Positions 37,480-51,362 of a stretch of 64,000 bases of DNA are shown here, in pieces (within the stretch, counting starts at the first letter, position 1; each line of letters opens with the position of its first letter). The DNA comes from Octopus sinensis. Taxonomy: Eukaryota. The notes beneath the pieces are model-generated. The model saw only the letters and a program-made list of their open reading frames with translations, was not told the origin of the DNA and did not search any database. Both the position numbers and the translations under genes were made by a program. The DNA lies in the NCBI RefSeq assembly GCF_006345805.1, contig NW_021836142.1:196611-260610 (forward strand), read 5' to 3'.

Positions 37480-37645
37480 CATGCTAATATGGAAGGCAGA
37501 CATTAAACGACAGTGATGAAGATGATGATGATGATATATATATATATAATTAATAATATCAGGGTAATAAAGATTTAAAAAATTTTTACCACCATTTGCC
37601 AAGCGTATAGAAAAATTAGTCAATAGACTATATATACATACACAA

Positions 37646-37687
<42 letters not shown>

Positions 37688-37890
37688 ATATAACTATGTT
37701 CATATGGATATATATATATATATATATATACCCCAGAAACACATGCACGCAGATATATGCATACATATATACATGTGCACATGTACATGTATACATATTT
37801 TGCTTTGACTTACAGGCTCAAATATCTTCATATACATGAAAAAATAACATGCGTGGATAAAATCTGAAAAACTTGTAAAAACTTCCCTGG

Positions 37891-37925
37891 TTGAAGATGT
37901 TCGCAGAATGAAACTTGTACCAGTC
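37891..37925 (+). ncRNA. Degenerate hammerhead motif
   Basis: TTGAAGA-T-GTTC/GCA/GAAT-GAA-ACTTGTACCAGT-C. C3 is changed to T, helix III is a palindrome with one mismatch, and stem I is unpaired. Confidence 0.4.
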
Positions 37926-38955
37926 AATGTAAAAAGATGTATATATAGATATGTATATGCATATATACACATTCATGTGTGTGAATAATATATCTATATA
38001 TATCTTCATATACATACATATATATATATACAAATACATAGACATACATATATATATATATATATATATACATACATACACACATATATATATATACATA
38101 TATATACACACATATATATATATATATATATATAATCATACCACAGACACATATGTGTGTCATGATTATTATCATCATCATTTATTGTCCCACATTCCTT
38201 GCTGGTATGGATAGGATGGTTTGACAGGGTATGATGGATCTGAGGACAGCTTCAAACTCCAATGTCTTCTTTTGCATAGTTTTTGAGGCTCACTGCACTA
38301 TCAACCACTTTACAGTGAGTAATGGGTGCTTTTTTTCATGGCACTTTCCTTAATTGCCTTCCTATGTATATATAAATAACGTTCCCTTCATAGTATGTAT
38401 ATGGCACCACTAAATGTGTGTGTTTGTATATAAATAAATATATATATATATAAATACACATACACTTGAGTGTACATGTGAATATGTATATACACTTAGG
38501 TATATAGATGCATGTACACACATATTTATACATAACCATAATATACACATTAATAACACATATGTACGCACAAACTATATGCATATATGTATATTTATTC
38601 ATTCATTTTTATATGCTTTTTTTTTACCAACGTAAGATGGGCTATATAGATTTCTTTTTTACAATTGGTTACCTTTCTTGTTTGAACCCAATCATATATA
38701 TCAAGTAAACCTTCTTCCATTTCAATGGAAATTTATTTGATAGAGAAAGTGACAACAACATCACTCTTGTAATTGAAAGATTTTCAGACAAGTGCAGATG
38801 GAAACACAGTCACATACAGAGGTATGTGTCTACCTGTATTTTTATACGTACACATAGCATACTTCTATCAGTTTCCATTCATGAAATCCACTCGCAATTT
38901 TTTGGTCAATGGGCGCTATTTTACAAGGTGCTGGTCAAGAAGAGAGACAAAGAAT

Positions 38956-39070
38956 GAATGAGCAAAACTTGTGGTATCACTTTAGAGCATTAATTTATAA
39001 ACTATTCTGCACTATTTTGAAATTTTAAATTAAATCTTCTAAAGTGATACCACATTTTGCTTGTTCATTC
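38956..39070. mobile_element. Small MITE with ~30-bp TIRs
   Basis: TGTGGTATCACTTTAGA / TCTAAAGTGATACCACA plus degenerate outer arms. Confidence 0.6.
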
Positions 39071-39184
39071 ACTGCTTCTAATATATATCTAACTACTCAA
39101 CGAAGACCACTTCTACCTATCTTCGATAAGCAACTTCAATGCCCCCACTTTTCTTTTCAGTTGCAGTTCAAGCTGGAGTTTTGG

Positions 39185-39543
39185 TAGTAAAGCTGTGTGG
39201 TTCAGAAATTCACTCTGCATCCATGTGCTTTTGGATTCAGTCCCAGCGAGTAGCACCTTGGACATGTGTCTTCTTCTATGACCTGTGGCCAACCAATGCC
39301 CTGTGAGTGAATTTGATAGAGAGAAACTGTGCACAAGCCTTTTGTGTGTGCTTGTCCCACCTCAATTGCTTGACAGCTGGTGCAAGTTTATTTATGTTCC
39401 TAAAACTGTGCAGTTCATACCAAAGGAAGAAACCAATAGAATAAGCACCAGATCTTTAAAATGAATAAATAATACTGGGGTCAATCTGTTTGATGGTATT
39501 CCAGCACGATTGCAGTCCAATGACCGAAACAAGTAAAAGAGAT
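39185..39543 (+). mobile_element. SINE family A (old)
   Basis: Diverged match. Confidence 0.7.
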
Positions 39544-42500
39544 ACATACACACACACACACATATATATACCCACAAATATAATATTCACTCATACATAC
39601 GTATATTTTTTCATATATAAATGCACACATACATTTGTGAACACGCATATATATATATATGTATGTACACACACAGTTTTAGATATATAATTACAGTGGT
39701 GGAGTATCTGCACTTTTCGAAGATGAGGATTCACTTGCTTAATCAACTGAATCACCCCTTCCTGAATTAATATGTAAGTGGCTAAGGGTTCCACATACAT
39801 GCACACTATTAACATAGTTCACGGTCAGTATCAATGTGATACAGTATTTGATAAGCTTGTAGCTTTTGAATTTTAGGTACAATCCACCCAATAGGCTTTT
39901 ACATTTTTGGCGTCTATCAAATTTTACTCACAAATTATATATATGGTTGACCTGAAGCTACAGAAATATGACAATAGCTCAAGATATCATGCACTGAGAT
40001 TGAACCTCCGGGACTTTACAGTTGTGAAGTGAACTTTATAACCATTCAGTCATACTTGCACCTACAAACATATATATATATATCTGTATGTACATAGTCA
40101 TACTTGCACCTACATATATATATATATATATATCATATAAGCTGACAGTCTTGCCTCATATGTATGTTGTTCTTAGTACCAAAGTATGTTTTTATTGTTA
40201 TATTTATTAGTATGTAATTTATTTCAAAGTATATATTGTTTCATTATTCTCAATTTTTAGACGTGAATTTAATTTTTCATTGTATAGTTTGGTGTGGTTG
40301 GTTTGTGAGTTGGTCATAATTTGTTTCATATGTCTTATTTTTTGGTTATATTACGATTCTTAAGCTGAATTGCGATTATTTGTATGTTTTAGTTTTTGAC
40401 AATTTATGGTATTTTAGGAATAGGTATGTTCATAATTTGTGGTGAAAGTAGAAACATTTGCACTATATACTTCCAAACAGCAATGGATATTTTTCTAAGG
40501 TTGTTTGTCACCAATGGAAATAGTAATGCTGCTATTAGTTTGGAAACCAAGTCAATATCCATTGGACAGCAGATAAGAGGAATTCCTCAGCTGTATTAAA
40601 ATTGGATTCCTTGGTATTATTAGTAATGACAAAAATGGAAAAAAATACTGTTATATGTATAATGTGGCTTGAACTCTGCATGCTGGCTTATCCTGAGATA
40701 TGATGATTATAGACAGTGTGGAGGATAGGAGTCAATTGTGGAACTGTTTACTGAGCTTCAAAACTTTTGGTAATATACTGCACTTCCAGCAAGCTTTTAA
40801 ATATTTGTTTGTGTGTGTGTATGTATGTATACACATACACAGCTACAACCATACACTCATATTTTAATGAAAAATATGGATGATGATGATTTTAATTCAC
40901 ACTTCCTTAGCAGTGTCACTCACAGTATGGACTCTCATATTTTGTATAACAAACATAAGCATTAATTAGAGTGCTGAAAAGATTTATACTTTGAATTTGA
41001 AGCTGATGATTCCTTTCATTGATATTTTGGGTTTCCTGTTCTTGTGATTTCATTCTAGTGAACATACAAGGCAAGAAACTTGGATGGTGTATTGATGCAG
41101 TGAATCATTAGCTTTGAACCAATATTTAAACTTTACTCCATATATGAAGTACACTTTCTCCTTTACACACACACACACACATACACACACACCATGTAAT
41201 ATTTTTTTTCTTGAAATGTAAGTATATATTCATATTATGTATTAACACATACACAAGTATAATTCAAAAGGATTTCTTTAAGACAGTTTGAAAATTTTAT
41301 GAAACAGAAATCAATCTTTTTTTTTTCTTAATTTATTTTAACTGATTACACCCGAATATTGAAATGTTTTCATTTCTTTTTTTTTTTTGTTGTTTTTGGA
41401 TGAATTGAAACAATAGTAACTAAAGACATTTAAACAGATTGATTGTCATCCAATGAAAGAAGACCATATCTTTAAATGACATTAATTTTTAAACACTTAT
41501 ATTTAATAGTTTATAAAATAGTTCCATAGCATTTTCATCATTTATCATCTCTAACTTATTTTAACAATAACAAACCAGTGAATTATAACAAACAAAACAA
41601 TAACTGGCAGAAATATCAACCAACAGCTACCTTGAAGATCAACTGCCATGGTAAGATATAAAAATTCAGGAAGTTGAGAAGCAAAGATATGCAAATTTAA
41701 TTTCCTTTTTCTGATAGGAGTCTTGGAGAAATAAGTTTGCAAATGAAGTGCTAATTTTGTTAGGGTTTATAATTCTATGTATTTTACAGACATTCCACAA
41801 ATGATTTTTAATTTAAGTGCCTTTTACATGAAATACTTGACATGTATATCTTAAAGTCTATTTTGCAAATATTTATGAAATGCAAGGAACTTGTTCCATT
41901 TTAATCTCCACATCTATTGGATATATTTTTGCAGTTTATATATGTCGAAGCATTTCATTACTTTAATCTACCACGGGACTGTTACTGACAACTATATGTA
42001 GCCAAAGCACCCTTTAGAATCAACAAGTACTGATTTAGGAAAAGAGAGCAAAAGAGAGAGAGAGAGAGATTGAAGAAAAAGCATTCATCATAAGGCAGAA
42101 AGAAAGGAAATATATGTCTATTGTTTCATAAGGAGTGTTAAGCATGACAAACCTTTATTTACTAAATTTAATAAAAAATACATATTTATAGTATGTTATA
42201 ATATATTTCTCCTATAAAAACAACAAAATACATCAGATGTCTGGTATGTTGAAGGAGTTTAATAAACCTTAATGGTCAGCATTTATTTGATTTGTTATTG
42301 CTGTTAGATATCTAACTGTGAAACTTCATTTATGGAAGGAATTATGATAATATTATGTGAACATTTAGATACAAAAATAGAGAAAGAAGGAAAGAAATAT
42401 AAGGCAGAAACGAAAATAAACATAAAATCTAGTTTTCCAGCATTTCTAAAATGCTGCCACTTTTCTGTTATCTCTTTTTCTTCTTTTTTGATTTTTTACA

Positions 42501-45500
42501 TAGTTAGTTTACAGTGGCTCAACATAACACAAGGAAAAATTGCCTGATGTATAGAAACCTAACAAATTAACAATAACATCAACTACAACAAAATATTTGT
42601 TAATTAAAAGCCACTTATACTTAGTTCAGAGATAAAATATGACTATGAGGGGCAAAAAGAAAGAAGATGGGACTCAGCCAGTTACTTGTATTCAAATAAG
42701 TTGTGGCAGGAATATCTGGTCGTTCCATAAGTAACATTCCTTTATTTTTTTTTTTTTGGTTTTGGTTTTATTTCATGCACCTTTATTTACATGAAACAAT
42801 AAGAAATATTATCAAATAACCCTATATGGCAACTCATGATATGACCTGATACATTTGGAGAATGACAGGCAGGCAGACAGAAATTAAGTGAGAAAGAATT
42901 TATGGATTTTGAATATGGAAAAAAAAAAAAAAAATGTATCAAAGCCATTTTTCCTTAATATATTTTCATGCAAATAAACATTTCAAGCAAATTATCAAGC
43001 ACATTTCTTGGATGTTGATCAGATATTTCCATGTTTCTCATAAGTGATAGGTGTTCATTTTCTTTTAGTATTTATGTAGATTTTCTTTTCTTTATGTTGA
43101 ACAAAAATAAAACAAAACAAAAATAAATGAACAAAAAATTCCAAAGTGGAAGTTTTTTTATGACTATCATCCAGTCATATACATAGTGTTAAATTTGTCT
43201 TTATTTTAATTGTAGTCAAATATTTCTCAAAGGTTATTGCCATCAAATTGTCCAAATCAAGTTACCAGTGAAAGTAAATGTTGAATATGCTTATGTGTGT
43301 CTGCATATTACACAAGTAAACTTATGTAAGAGTGTATGTGTATGGATACCTGTAATAATATTGCACTTCAAGACCAAAATCATCACATACAAAATGCAAC
43401 AGTAATATACCATTCCAGTTTGTTAGGTAATATTTTTTCTCCCATATTTAAGAAGCACTTTACTCCAATTTGCTTGTTTTTATTTATTCTTTTCATTATT
43501 TTTCTATTTCTTTGTTGGTTGTTAGAATTCCATTCTCTTGTATAACAGAAATGGATTAAAAAAAAAAAAAAAAAAAAACACAAAGCATTATATTATTTTT
43601 TTCATCATTATCAACACCTTCAATGCCGATGTTGTCATTGTCATCAGCATCGTTGCTAACATTATCCCTTTATTATTAAGAATAAAAAGAAAATTTTAGC
43701 ATCTGTGAAGAAGCTAATGACTTTCCAGTAGTGTTCTGAGTTGGTTGAAGTTTCAACAATTCTTTAGATATATCCATCCAAGGACATCTGCTAGGAATAT
43801 CTGTGAGTGGGTGTGTGCATGTAATGTATGTTTATATATATATAATTCTACATTGTATATGTGTATATATATATATATACACATATATATATATATATAT
43901 ATACATACACATGTATGTGAATATTGCTATATGCTCACACATTAATACATCACACACACACACATGCATATATACATGTCACACATGCACACACAACCAC
44001 ACCCATACATATTTATATACATACACACAATTATATATATACAAAAAAAAACACAAAACAGAATACTCATGTAGTTCATGAGACCATTATTGATTTATTT
44101 ATTCTGTTTCACAGCGATATATTAAGCATTAGCATGCAATCTTTCTCTCGCTCGCTGTCTCTCATTCTTTTTATTTTGCTCTCTCTCTCTCCTACCTTGC
44201 CTCTCATTTATATATATATTATATATATATACATATATATTATATATATAATATATATACATATATATATATATATATGTGTATGTGTGTATGTATATAT
44301 ATATATATATGATGAATTTTAAATGTTAATATTATTGCTGATTATTCTTAATCTCCCTTCTCATTACACAGCTCTTATTCTTGTAATTGCTGTAGAATTT
44401 AATATTTAAAATTTCATGTTGTTTTGGAATGAATGAACACTGCAACTTCTCATTCTCCTTATAATCTAATTATTATTATCATTATAGTATCTTTGGCAAC
44501 TCTACATTGTATAAACAATACTTGGTATTTAGATACTCTTCAGAAACAGGTGTTTTATGTTCTATTGTCTAGCTGCTGTGTGTTCCATTTTCCTATTTTG
44601 TTTATAGTTGTGTTTGTGGATGCCAGTGATAGTGTTGTTGTTGTTGTTTGTTAATATTGCCATGGCAACTTTCACAATTGCTTAATTATTGAAACTGATA
44701 GAAAGTTTGCTCACTGACCATTATTTACTTTCTGCTTTGTGTGATGAAATTTACTTATTTTCACTTTATTATTAATATTATTATGATTATCGTTACTGTT
44801 ATTGTTATTGTTGTTGTTTGTATATGTTGTGGTGTTATTATTATTGTTGTTATTATCATAGAAATTCATGCTTAGTTTTAAATTTTTTCCTGTTCGTAAA
44901 TTGTATTTTTGTGTTGGCAAAAGCAAAATTGATTTGTTCTTCATGGGAGGAAAAACAAAATTTAAAAAAAAAAATGTAAAAGTCCATTACTTTCTTGTAT
45001 TTAGACTTTGAGTGGCGGCAGCAGCAGTAGCAGCAGCAGCAACATTTAAAAATCCAGTTGTTTAATAAAATGTACAAGCTGAAAAAATTGCATCACACTC
45101 CAGAGAGTAACTCAAGAATTGGCAATATGGTAATCAGAATTAAAATGGACGATGGCACTGTGTATAGAGAGGTTGCAGTATCTTTATAATGTCCTTCTGA
45201 AAATAGAAATAGAAAAATAATGAACAGAAAAATATCAAAGGGAAAATTTAAATGCTACATTACTTTTTTTTTTCTGTTATTGTTATTTTACTGTTATCAT
45301 CATCATAATTTCATTATCATTTTTTTGTTTGTCAACATTGGAGAGTGTGCAGCATTCAAAATATTTGAACAGTTTCCTTTTAGATTTCAGGGGAGGCATA
45401 AAATATCCTTCTAGCTTAAAAATCTTGTTCTTTTGAAGCTATTCAATATCATTTGCCTCCCTAACTAGCAGAGTAAACAGACTCTGATACTTCTATTGAA

Positions 45501-46735
45501 GGAAGTGAAAGTATGATCTTATGTAAATGTGATAAGAATCAGACTCCAGCCTAGCCTGTAGAAAGGCAATTGTGTTTCTATGTTAAATCCATAACAGGAA
45601 ATAAAAACAACTGCACTATGAGAGCTACTGCCAACAATAGTGGCTTTAACAGTGCCTATATTAATATTACAACGTAACTAATGAAGATACTATTAGAAAA
45701 ATTTCAAAAGACTTATATCAATAGCAAATTAGGAATAATCTCTTTACATAGATATCAAGTAGATGATGGATAGTGCTTAATCTAAGTAACTTGTCCTGAA
45801 ATGTAACTAAATGTTCTTGGATATAATAACTGGATAGAGCTGTCCTGAAAGATAAAGGAAACAGAACTATGTCCTTGGATATAGTTGCATAGAGTCTTAA
45901 GATAATTGAAAGGAAAGCTATCATGTGATGTATCATCTGCGTCCTTTTAAGTTCCTTCCACTAAAAGATAATTGACACACAGACCTGCAGAGTTATCACG
46001 TGTCGGAATGGGGATGGAAAACAAATGACATTCTTAAGACAAGAAACCTTAAGTAATGTAAAAGATACAGACCTTTTTCATTGTGGATATCAATGTGCAA
46101 AGAAAAACAGAAGTAATTCAGCACACAGGTGGCTAACTTTTTGTGTCACTTTTACGACATTAAGAGTTAAAATTACTAGGGATGTAATTGGCTGATAAAC
46201 TCTAGCTGGAAGTTTTCTTCAAAAGCAAAATAAGTGATGAGTGTAATCAGCAGGTTTTTCAAAAGACAACTAATCTAGTTTTAAAGAAGAGAGATTAACT
46301 TAAATATATCTTCTTCATGACACACTGGATTAAAGTAAGGAAGGGTAAATTGGAAGATAGGTGACTTATGTGTTTCGTAGGTGGAGGGAAATAAAAAAGA
46401 AAAATAATTGTAAAACAAACAACTGCAAATGCCACCATAACCAAAGAGCTGCAGGATTGCCTGTAGGTGGTGACCAAAGCACTTCTTGACAAAAACATAC
46501 AATGTAGTCAGAGTACACAAATAAAGTCAGGTGATGGGCCATAGAAGAATACTTTTCTTAATATAGATACACAAACCAACTAATTAACCCCCATGCAGCA
46601 ACTCAATTTTCATTTATTTTATATATATATATATAAAATGAGGGTGATAAATTGAATATTAATTTAATTAACATCAATTTAAAACCAGTGGCCTAGCAAA
46701 TAGAAAGATCTGAAAATTCAGAAAAGTTGTATTAC

Positions 46736-46862
46736 ATGCGTATAAGAAGGGATGACCAGTACGTGGACATCCAATATGCTAGAAATAGATCATCTAGATC
46801 GTAGGTGATCTATTTCTAGCATATTGAATGTCCACTTAGTGGTCATCCCTTCTTATACGCAT
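46736..46862. mobile_element. Hairpin MITE (~58-bp arms)
   Basis: ATGCGTATAAGAAGGGATGACC...CTAGAAATAGATCA / TGATCTATTTCTAG...GGTCATCCCTTCTTATACGCAT. Confidence 0.8.
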
Positions 46863-46878
46863 ATAATTATATATATAT

Positions 46879-47441
46879 AATGTGAAGAAACAAAAGACCT
46901 GGTAATTCAATCTGTACACATGACTCTGATTAGAGATGGATTTAAAGGGCAATTATAACATGATAGATTAAAAATGTATTAATACACAGACATTTAAAAA
47001 AAAAATCTGTAAGTAAAATAAATATATTAAAAATATATGTATAAAGTAATATATTTGAAAGAATCTCAGGATTCAGACATAAAAATGTTAAAACATGTAT
47101 GTATAGTTATTAAAAATATTGGAGAAAGTTTGAAGTGGTGATGGAAACAAACTAAAAGATACAATGAGGACAGAGTTAAAATTCAGACGTCAGACTTTCT
47201 CCAATATTTTTACTTATACATGCATATTTTAACGTTTTTTATGTCTGAATCCAGAGATTCTTTAAAATCTATTACTTTGCACATACATTTTTAATATATG
47301 TATTTAATTATAGACTTTAAAAAGAAAATGTCTGTGCATTAATAAATTTTTAATCTATCATGTATAGTTGTCCTTTAAATCCATCTCTAATTGGAGTCAT
47401 GTTTGCGGATTGAATTACCAGGTCTTTTGTTTTCTCACATT
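46879..47441. mobile_element. Old foldback element with ~250-bp inverted arms
   Basis: 46879-47132 pairs imperfectly with 47191-47441 (e.g. AAACAAAAGACCTGGTAATTCAATC / GATTGAATTACCAGGTCTTTTGTTT). Confidence 0.75.
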
Positions 47442-47542
47442 ACATATTTATAGCTTTCATCTCAAGTTACCCTTGAGCACTTCTAGGTCCAAATCTCTAT
47501 ATTGTGAGAGAATTTCTAATCAATCTTCTTTCTCAAAACAAT

Positions 47543-47583
<41 letters not shown>

Positions 47584-47759
47584 TTTCTATTTGTTGAGCC
47601 TGGCAGAAGGGGTAGTACTCATGGAATTTGTCGGCCCTCTAAGATCAGTGCACTTGATGCTGTTAATGTGTCATTTCAACCGTTGAGATCAATGCCTGCA
47701 GGAAGACATGAGCAGGGTAAGGTTTTCAGAGAGTTAATGTTCTAGGGAAGGTCTTGGCA

Positions 47760-48340
47760 CTGTCAACTGAGGGAACTGTAAGAAACAAAGGTAATGAGAG
47801 ATGAAGTTTGGTGTTGCTTGACTGGGGATGGTACAAGACCATTCCCCTCTGAGAAACAGAGGATTTATAGTAGTGACATTGAAAGACAGAAAGGAAAGAC
47901 AGCTTGCTTGTGGGTCAGAGGCTGAAGTTTGCCTGTTCGTGATTAAACACCAGTCAGTCAAGTGGTTCTTCTCTGGATGCTGTCCAGGATAACTGTATAT
48001 CACAGCAGCACCATCTCAGATTTGTAAGTAGTACTCCATTGAGGGTATCACTTGAACCTTCTAGAGTTCTGAAATATTTTATGGATCTGTAGAGAAGGGT
48101 CAGCTTTTTAGATGCAGTCCTAGTTGTACAAAGGATGTGCTTTCTCCAGGAGAGAATCCTGGTATTCTTGATACGAGTTGAGCATGATGTATTTTTGCTG
48201 TTAAATGTAATAAGGGAAGCATGACCTTACTGAAGGATGTTCTCAAGGTCTCCATGATGCATGTGAATGATGCATGGGGAGGAATGAAGGGTGGGGTGAT
48301 GAATTGCAAAATAGCAAGCACTGTTGAATGCAGTGACAAG
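47760..48340 (-). mobile_element. Decayed CR1-like LINE C-terminal fragment
   Basis: Minus-strand ASKKLTLLYRSIKYF and LDSIQRR-like segments, which are the post-RT region of CR1-clade ORF2 (by eye). Confidence 0.5.
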
Positions 48341-49454
48341 TAGGTCCAATTATTTTCAAGAAAATGTTACCCACTCAAATGCTTGTTCCCACAAGACTTA
48401 AATAGTTTATTTTCAAATTTTTATTTGTGCAGATTTACTAATTGTTTATTTTTTATTCTTAAAAGGTTTCAAAATAAACTCTTGCAGAAATGTGGTACAC
48501 TTTTAAAACATTTTACTGAGATGAATTTGAAAGATGAATACAACAGAGTAAAATCAAAAGTAAAATCTGATTCATTGTTCACTCACGTTCAATTCGAGAA
48601 CTTCCACTTGCAAAGGGAGTTGTCTTAGTCTGATGATTCCTCTGTGTTATAACAGGATATTGTGGATGTTTTCCAGAAATAAAGATTTCTCTGCCAGGTG
48701 TTCCTGAAGAACTGACTGTCGTAGACTTTGTGCTTGATATTCCAATTTCTGCAGGCAAAATATGTATTACAATTTGAAATCAAGGTATGTGTGTATGTAC
48801 AATTAAGTGTTCTAGTTTTAATTAGTTTAATTTACCTTTTTTTTTTTTGGTTAGTAAACTAGAATTCTATGGAAATCTGAATTTACATATTTCATGTTTA
48901 TTCAGTATTTTCATATGTAATTACACTTTGCAAAGTTTGTATATGTTTACATTTTTTTTTTGTATAAAAGTGAATCAAAAGTAAAATATCTGCCTTTAAA
49001 AAAAATATTATAAACATATTTAACATTCAAGCCTTGTTTATCTATTACTGCAAAGAAATAGAATTAAAAATCCAACAGTTGACATTAAATATTATAAAAA
49101 AAAAAATTATATGATTCCTTACAGGTGACTTGAATAAATTAGTTGCAGGTTCTTTGGTAATTTCTGTCTTAGAATAATAAGGAAAACATTTTACATCAAA
49201 TCTCCAATTTGACTGAACAACAACAGGAAGTATTTACTACACAAGATTGTTATTAATAAGAATGGAATGATTCTTGACTGGAATGATTCTATTAATGATA
49301 TCATTCTAATCTTATCAGTAACGATCTTGCATGCAGAACAGTAACACTTTACATTTGCGAATAGATATATGTCCATGCTGGCATGGGTTGGACAGTTTGA
49401 CTGGGCTGGCATGCTGGCAGGCTCCAGTATATATGAATATATAAATGTGTACTT

Positions 49455-49755
49455 ATCATCATCATCATCATCGTTTAACGTCCGCTTTCCATGCTAGCAT
49501 GGGTTGGATGGTTCAACTGGGCACTGGCAAGCCCGAAGGCTGCACCAGGCCAGTCAGATCTGGCAGTGTTTCTACAGCTGGATGCCCTTCCTAATGCCAA
49601 CCACTCCGAGAGTGTAGTGGGTGATTTTATGTGCCACCGACACAGGTGCCAGACGAGGCTGGCAGACGGTCACGCTCGGATGGTGTTTTTTATGTGCCAC
49701 CTACACAGGTGCCAGACGAGGCTGGCAGACGGCTACACTCGGATGGTGTTTTTTA
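49455..49755 (-). mobile_element. RTE 3'-tail repeat with an internal 63-bp tandem duplication (49625-49750)
   Basis: (CAT)n-CGTTTAACGTCCGC... family, also at 4409, 12385, 16580, 29885, 35235 and 61995; it shares its tail with the RTE LINE at 9800-10060. Confidence 0.8.
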
Positions 49756-50234
49756 TGAAAATACAAATATATCTGTGTGCATCTAGGTATCTCTGGATTA
49801 ACACTACTTGTCCAGCAATAAAATTTGTTCAGTCACAGTTAAGCGATATGTGCTCCATTTCAGTGGCTTGGTGTACCAAGATCATTTTGATGCTAAGTCT
49901 TATTTTTCCTAATTAAGATGTATCCACTGGTCTTCGTACATCAAACTACTGAAATACAGAGCATACTGTTTATCTGTGACTTCAACAAATGTTACTGCCA
50001 CCCAAGTAGTGTCAATTTGAAGATTTTCAACACTCCATTCCACAATCATATAGACGATGGACTTCCATATAAAATCTGCCCACACTTGTTTGCTCAAGAC
50101 ACACAAAGAAGTTGTGAGGTGAACTTCTTAACCCCACAAGAAGACAGATGTTTTCATATGGTTATGCTTCATCAGTTATTCACACTGAATCCATTACTTA
50201 TAACTTACTAAGAAGTGCTATTTTTATGTACAAA

Positions 50235-50386
50235 CTGCTGAGGTTGACTTTGCCTTTCATCCTTTCGAGGGTCGATAAAGTACCAGTGAAACACTGGGGT
50301 CAATGTAACTGACTAGTCCCCTCCTATAAAATTTCAGACCTTAGGCCTATAGTAGAAAGGATTATTATTATTATTATTGTTGTTGA
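50235..50386 (+). mobile_element. 5'-truncated SINE family B copy with a 12-bp TSD
   Basis: TTTATGTACAAA at 50223-50234 and 50387-50398; nearly identical to 53244-53400. Confidence 0.8.
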
Positions 50387-50948
50387 TTTATGTACAAATT
50401 TGCTGGCATGTGCAATGCTTTGGCAAGTCTAATGATGTCATCGATTGCCTAACTTGATGTGTTGTCACATACATTGTCTACAAAGAAAATTCTTCCTCCA
50501 AGACAGTTAATGCAATGAAGATATTTTCAATTTTCAGTGTACATGAAACTGTATACACATGTTTAGTTTAATCATTGTTGCTAAGAGAGTTTTAATTGAT
50601 CAATTACAGCTTGAAAAAGCATTGCACATGCCAGAAAATCTAGTTTTTGCAGTTCTTAGTGGGATATGAATGATGGATTCCGTATCTGTGATTGATGAGG
50701 TCTAACTACTCAGAAACAAAGGTTTTACAATCCAATGACATCATTCCTAGTCCAGCTCAGAGTATTTTCATATACACTGTCTGTAAGGATGATTCTTCCC
50801 AGTGACAGTTATTGCAGTGAAGATCTTTCTGAGATTGCATGTACATGTGATGTTAAAATACAAATGTACACAGCTTTAATTTAACCATTGCTGCTTAGTG
50901 AGCCTTTAATTAATACATAATACTGAAATTTAAAAAAAAAATCTCCAT

Positions 50949-51362
50949 AGGCATAGGAGTGGCTGTGTGGTAAGTAACTTGCTTACCAACCACATGGTTC
51001 CGGGTTCAGTCCCACTGCGTGGCACCTTGGGCAAGTGTCTTTTACTATAGTCTCGGGCCGACCAAAGCCTTGTGAGTGGATCTGGTCGACAGAAACTGAA
51101 AGAAGCCCATTGTATATATATGTGTGTGTGAGTGTGTGTGTATATATATATATGTGTGCATATGTTTGTGTTTGTCCCCCCAACATTGCTTGACAACAGA
51201 TGCTGCTGTGTTTACATCCCCGTAACTTAGCAGTTCAGCAAAAGAGACTGATAGAATAAGTACTAGGCTTCCAAAGAATAAGTCCTGGGGTCGATTTGCT
51301 CGACTAAAGGCAGTGCTCCAGCATGGCTTCAGTGAAATGACTGAAACAAGTAAAAGAGTATA
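50949..51362 (+). mobile_element. SINE family A
   Basis: Full-length match. Confidence 0.9.

Noticed and set aside
38788-38821. Possible 34-nt micro-exon (TTTTCAG|...AGAG|GTATGT)
   Set aside because: Splice-like motifs of this quality occur by chance, and no partner exons were recognised.
48433-48784. Possible exon ending in AAG|GTATGT
   Set aside because: No recognisable protein similarity; cannot be supported without transcript data.
50150-50185. Minus-strand hammerhead-like motif CTGATGA-AGCATAACCATAT-GAAAAC-ATCT-GTC
   Set aside because: There is an extra A in the core and stems I and II are poor. At best a decayed remnant, so not listed as a feature.
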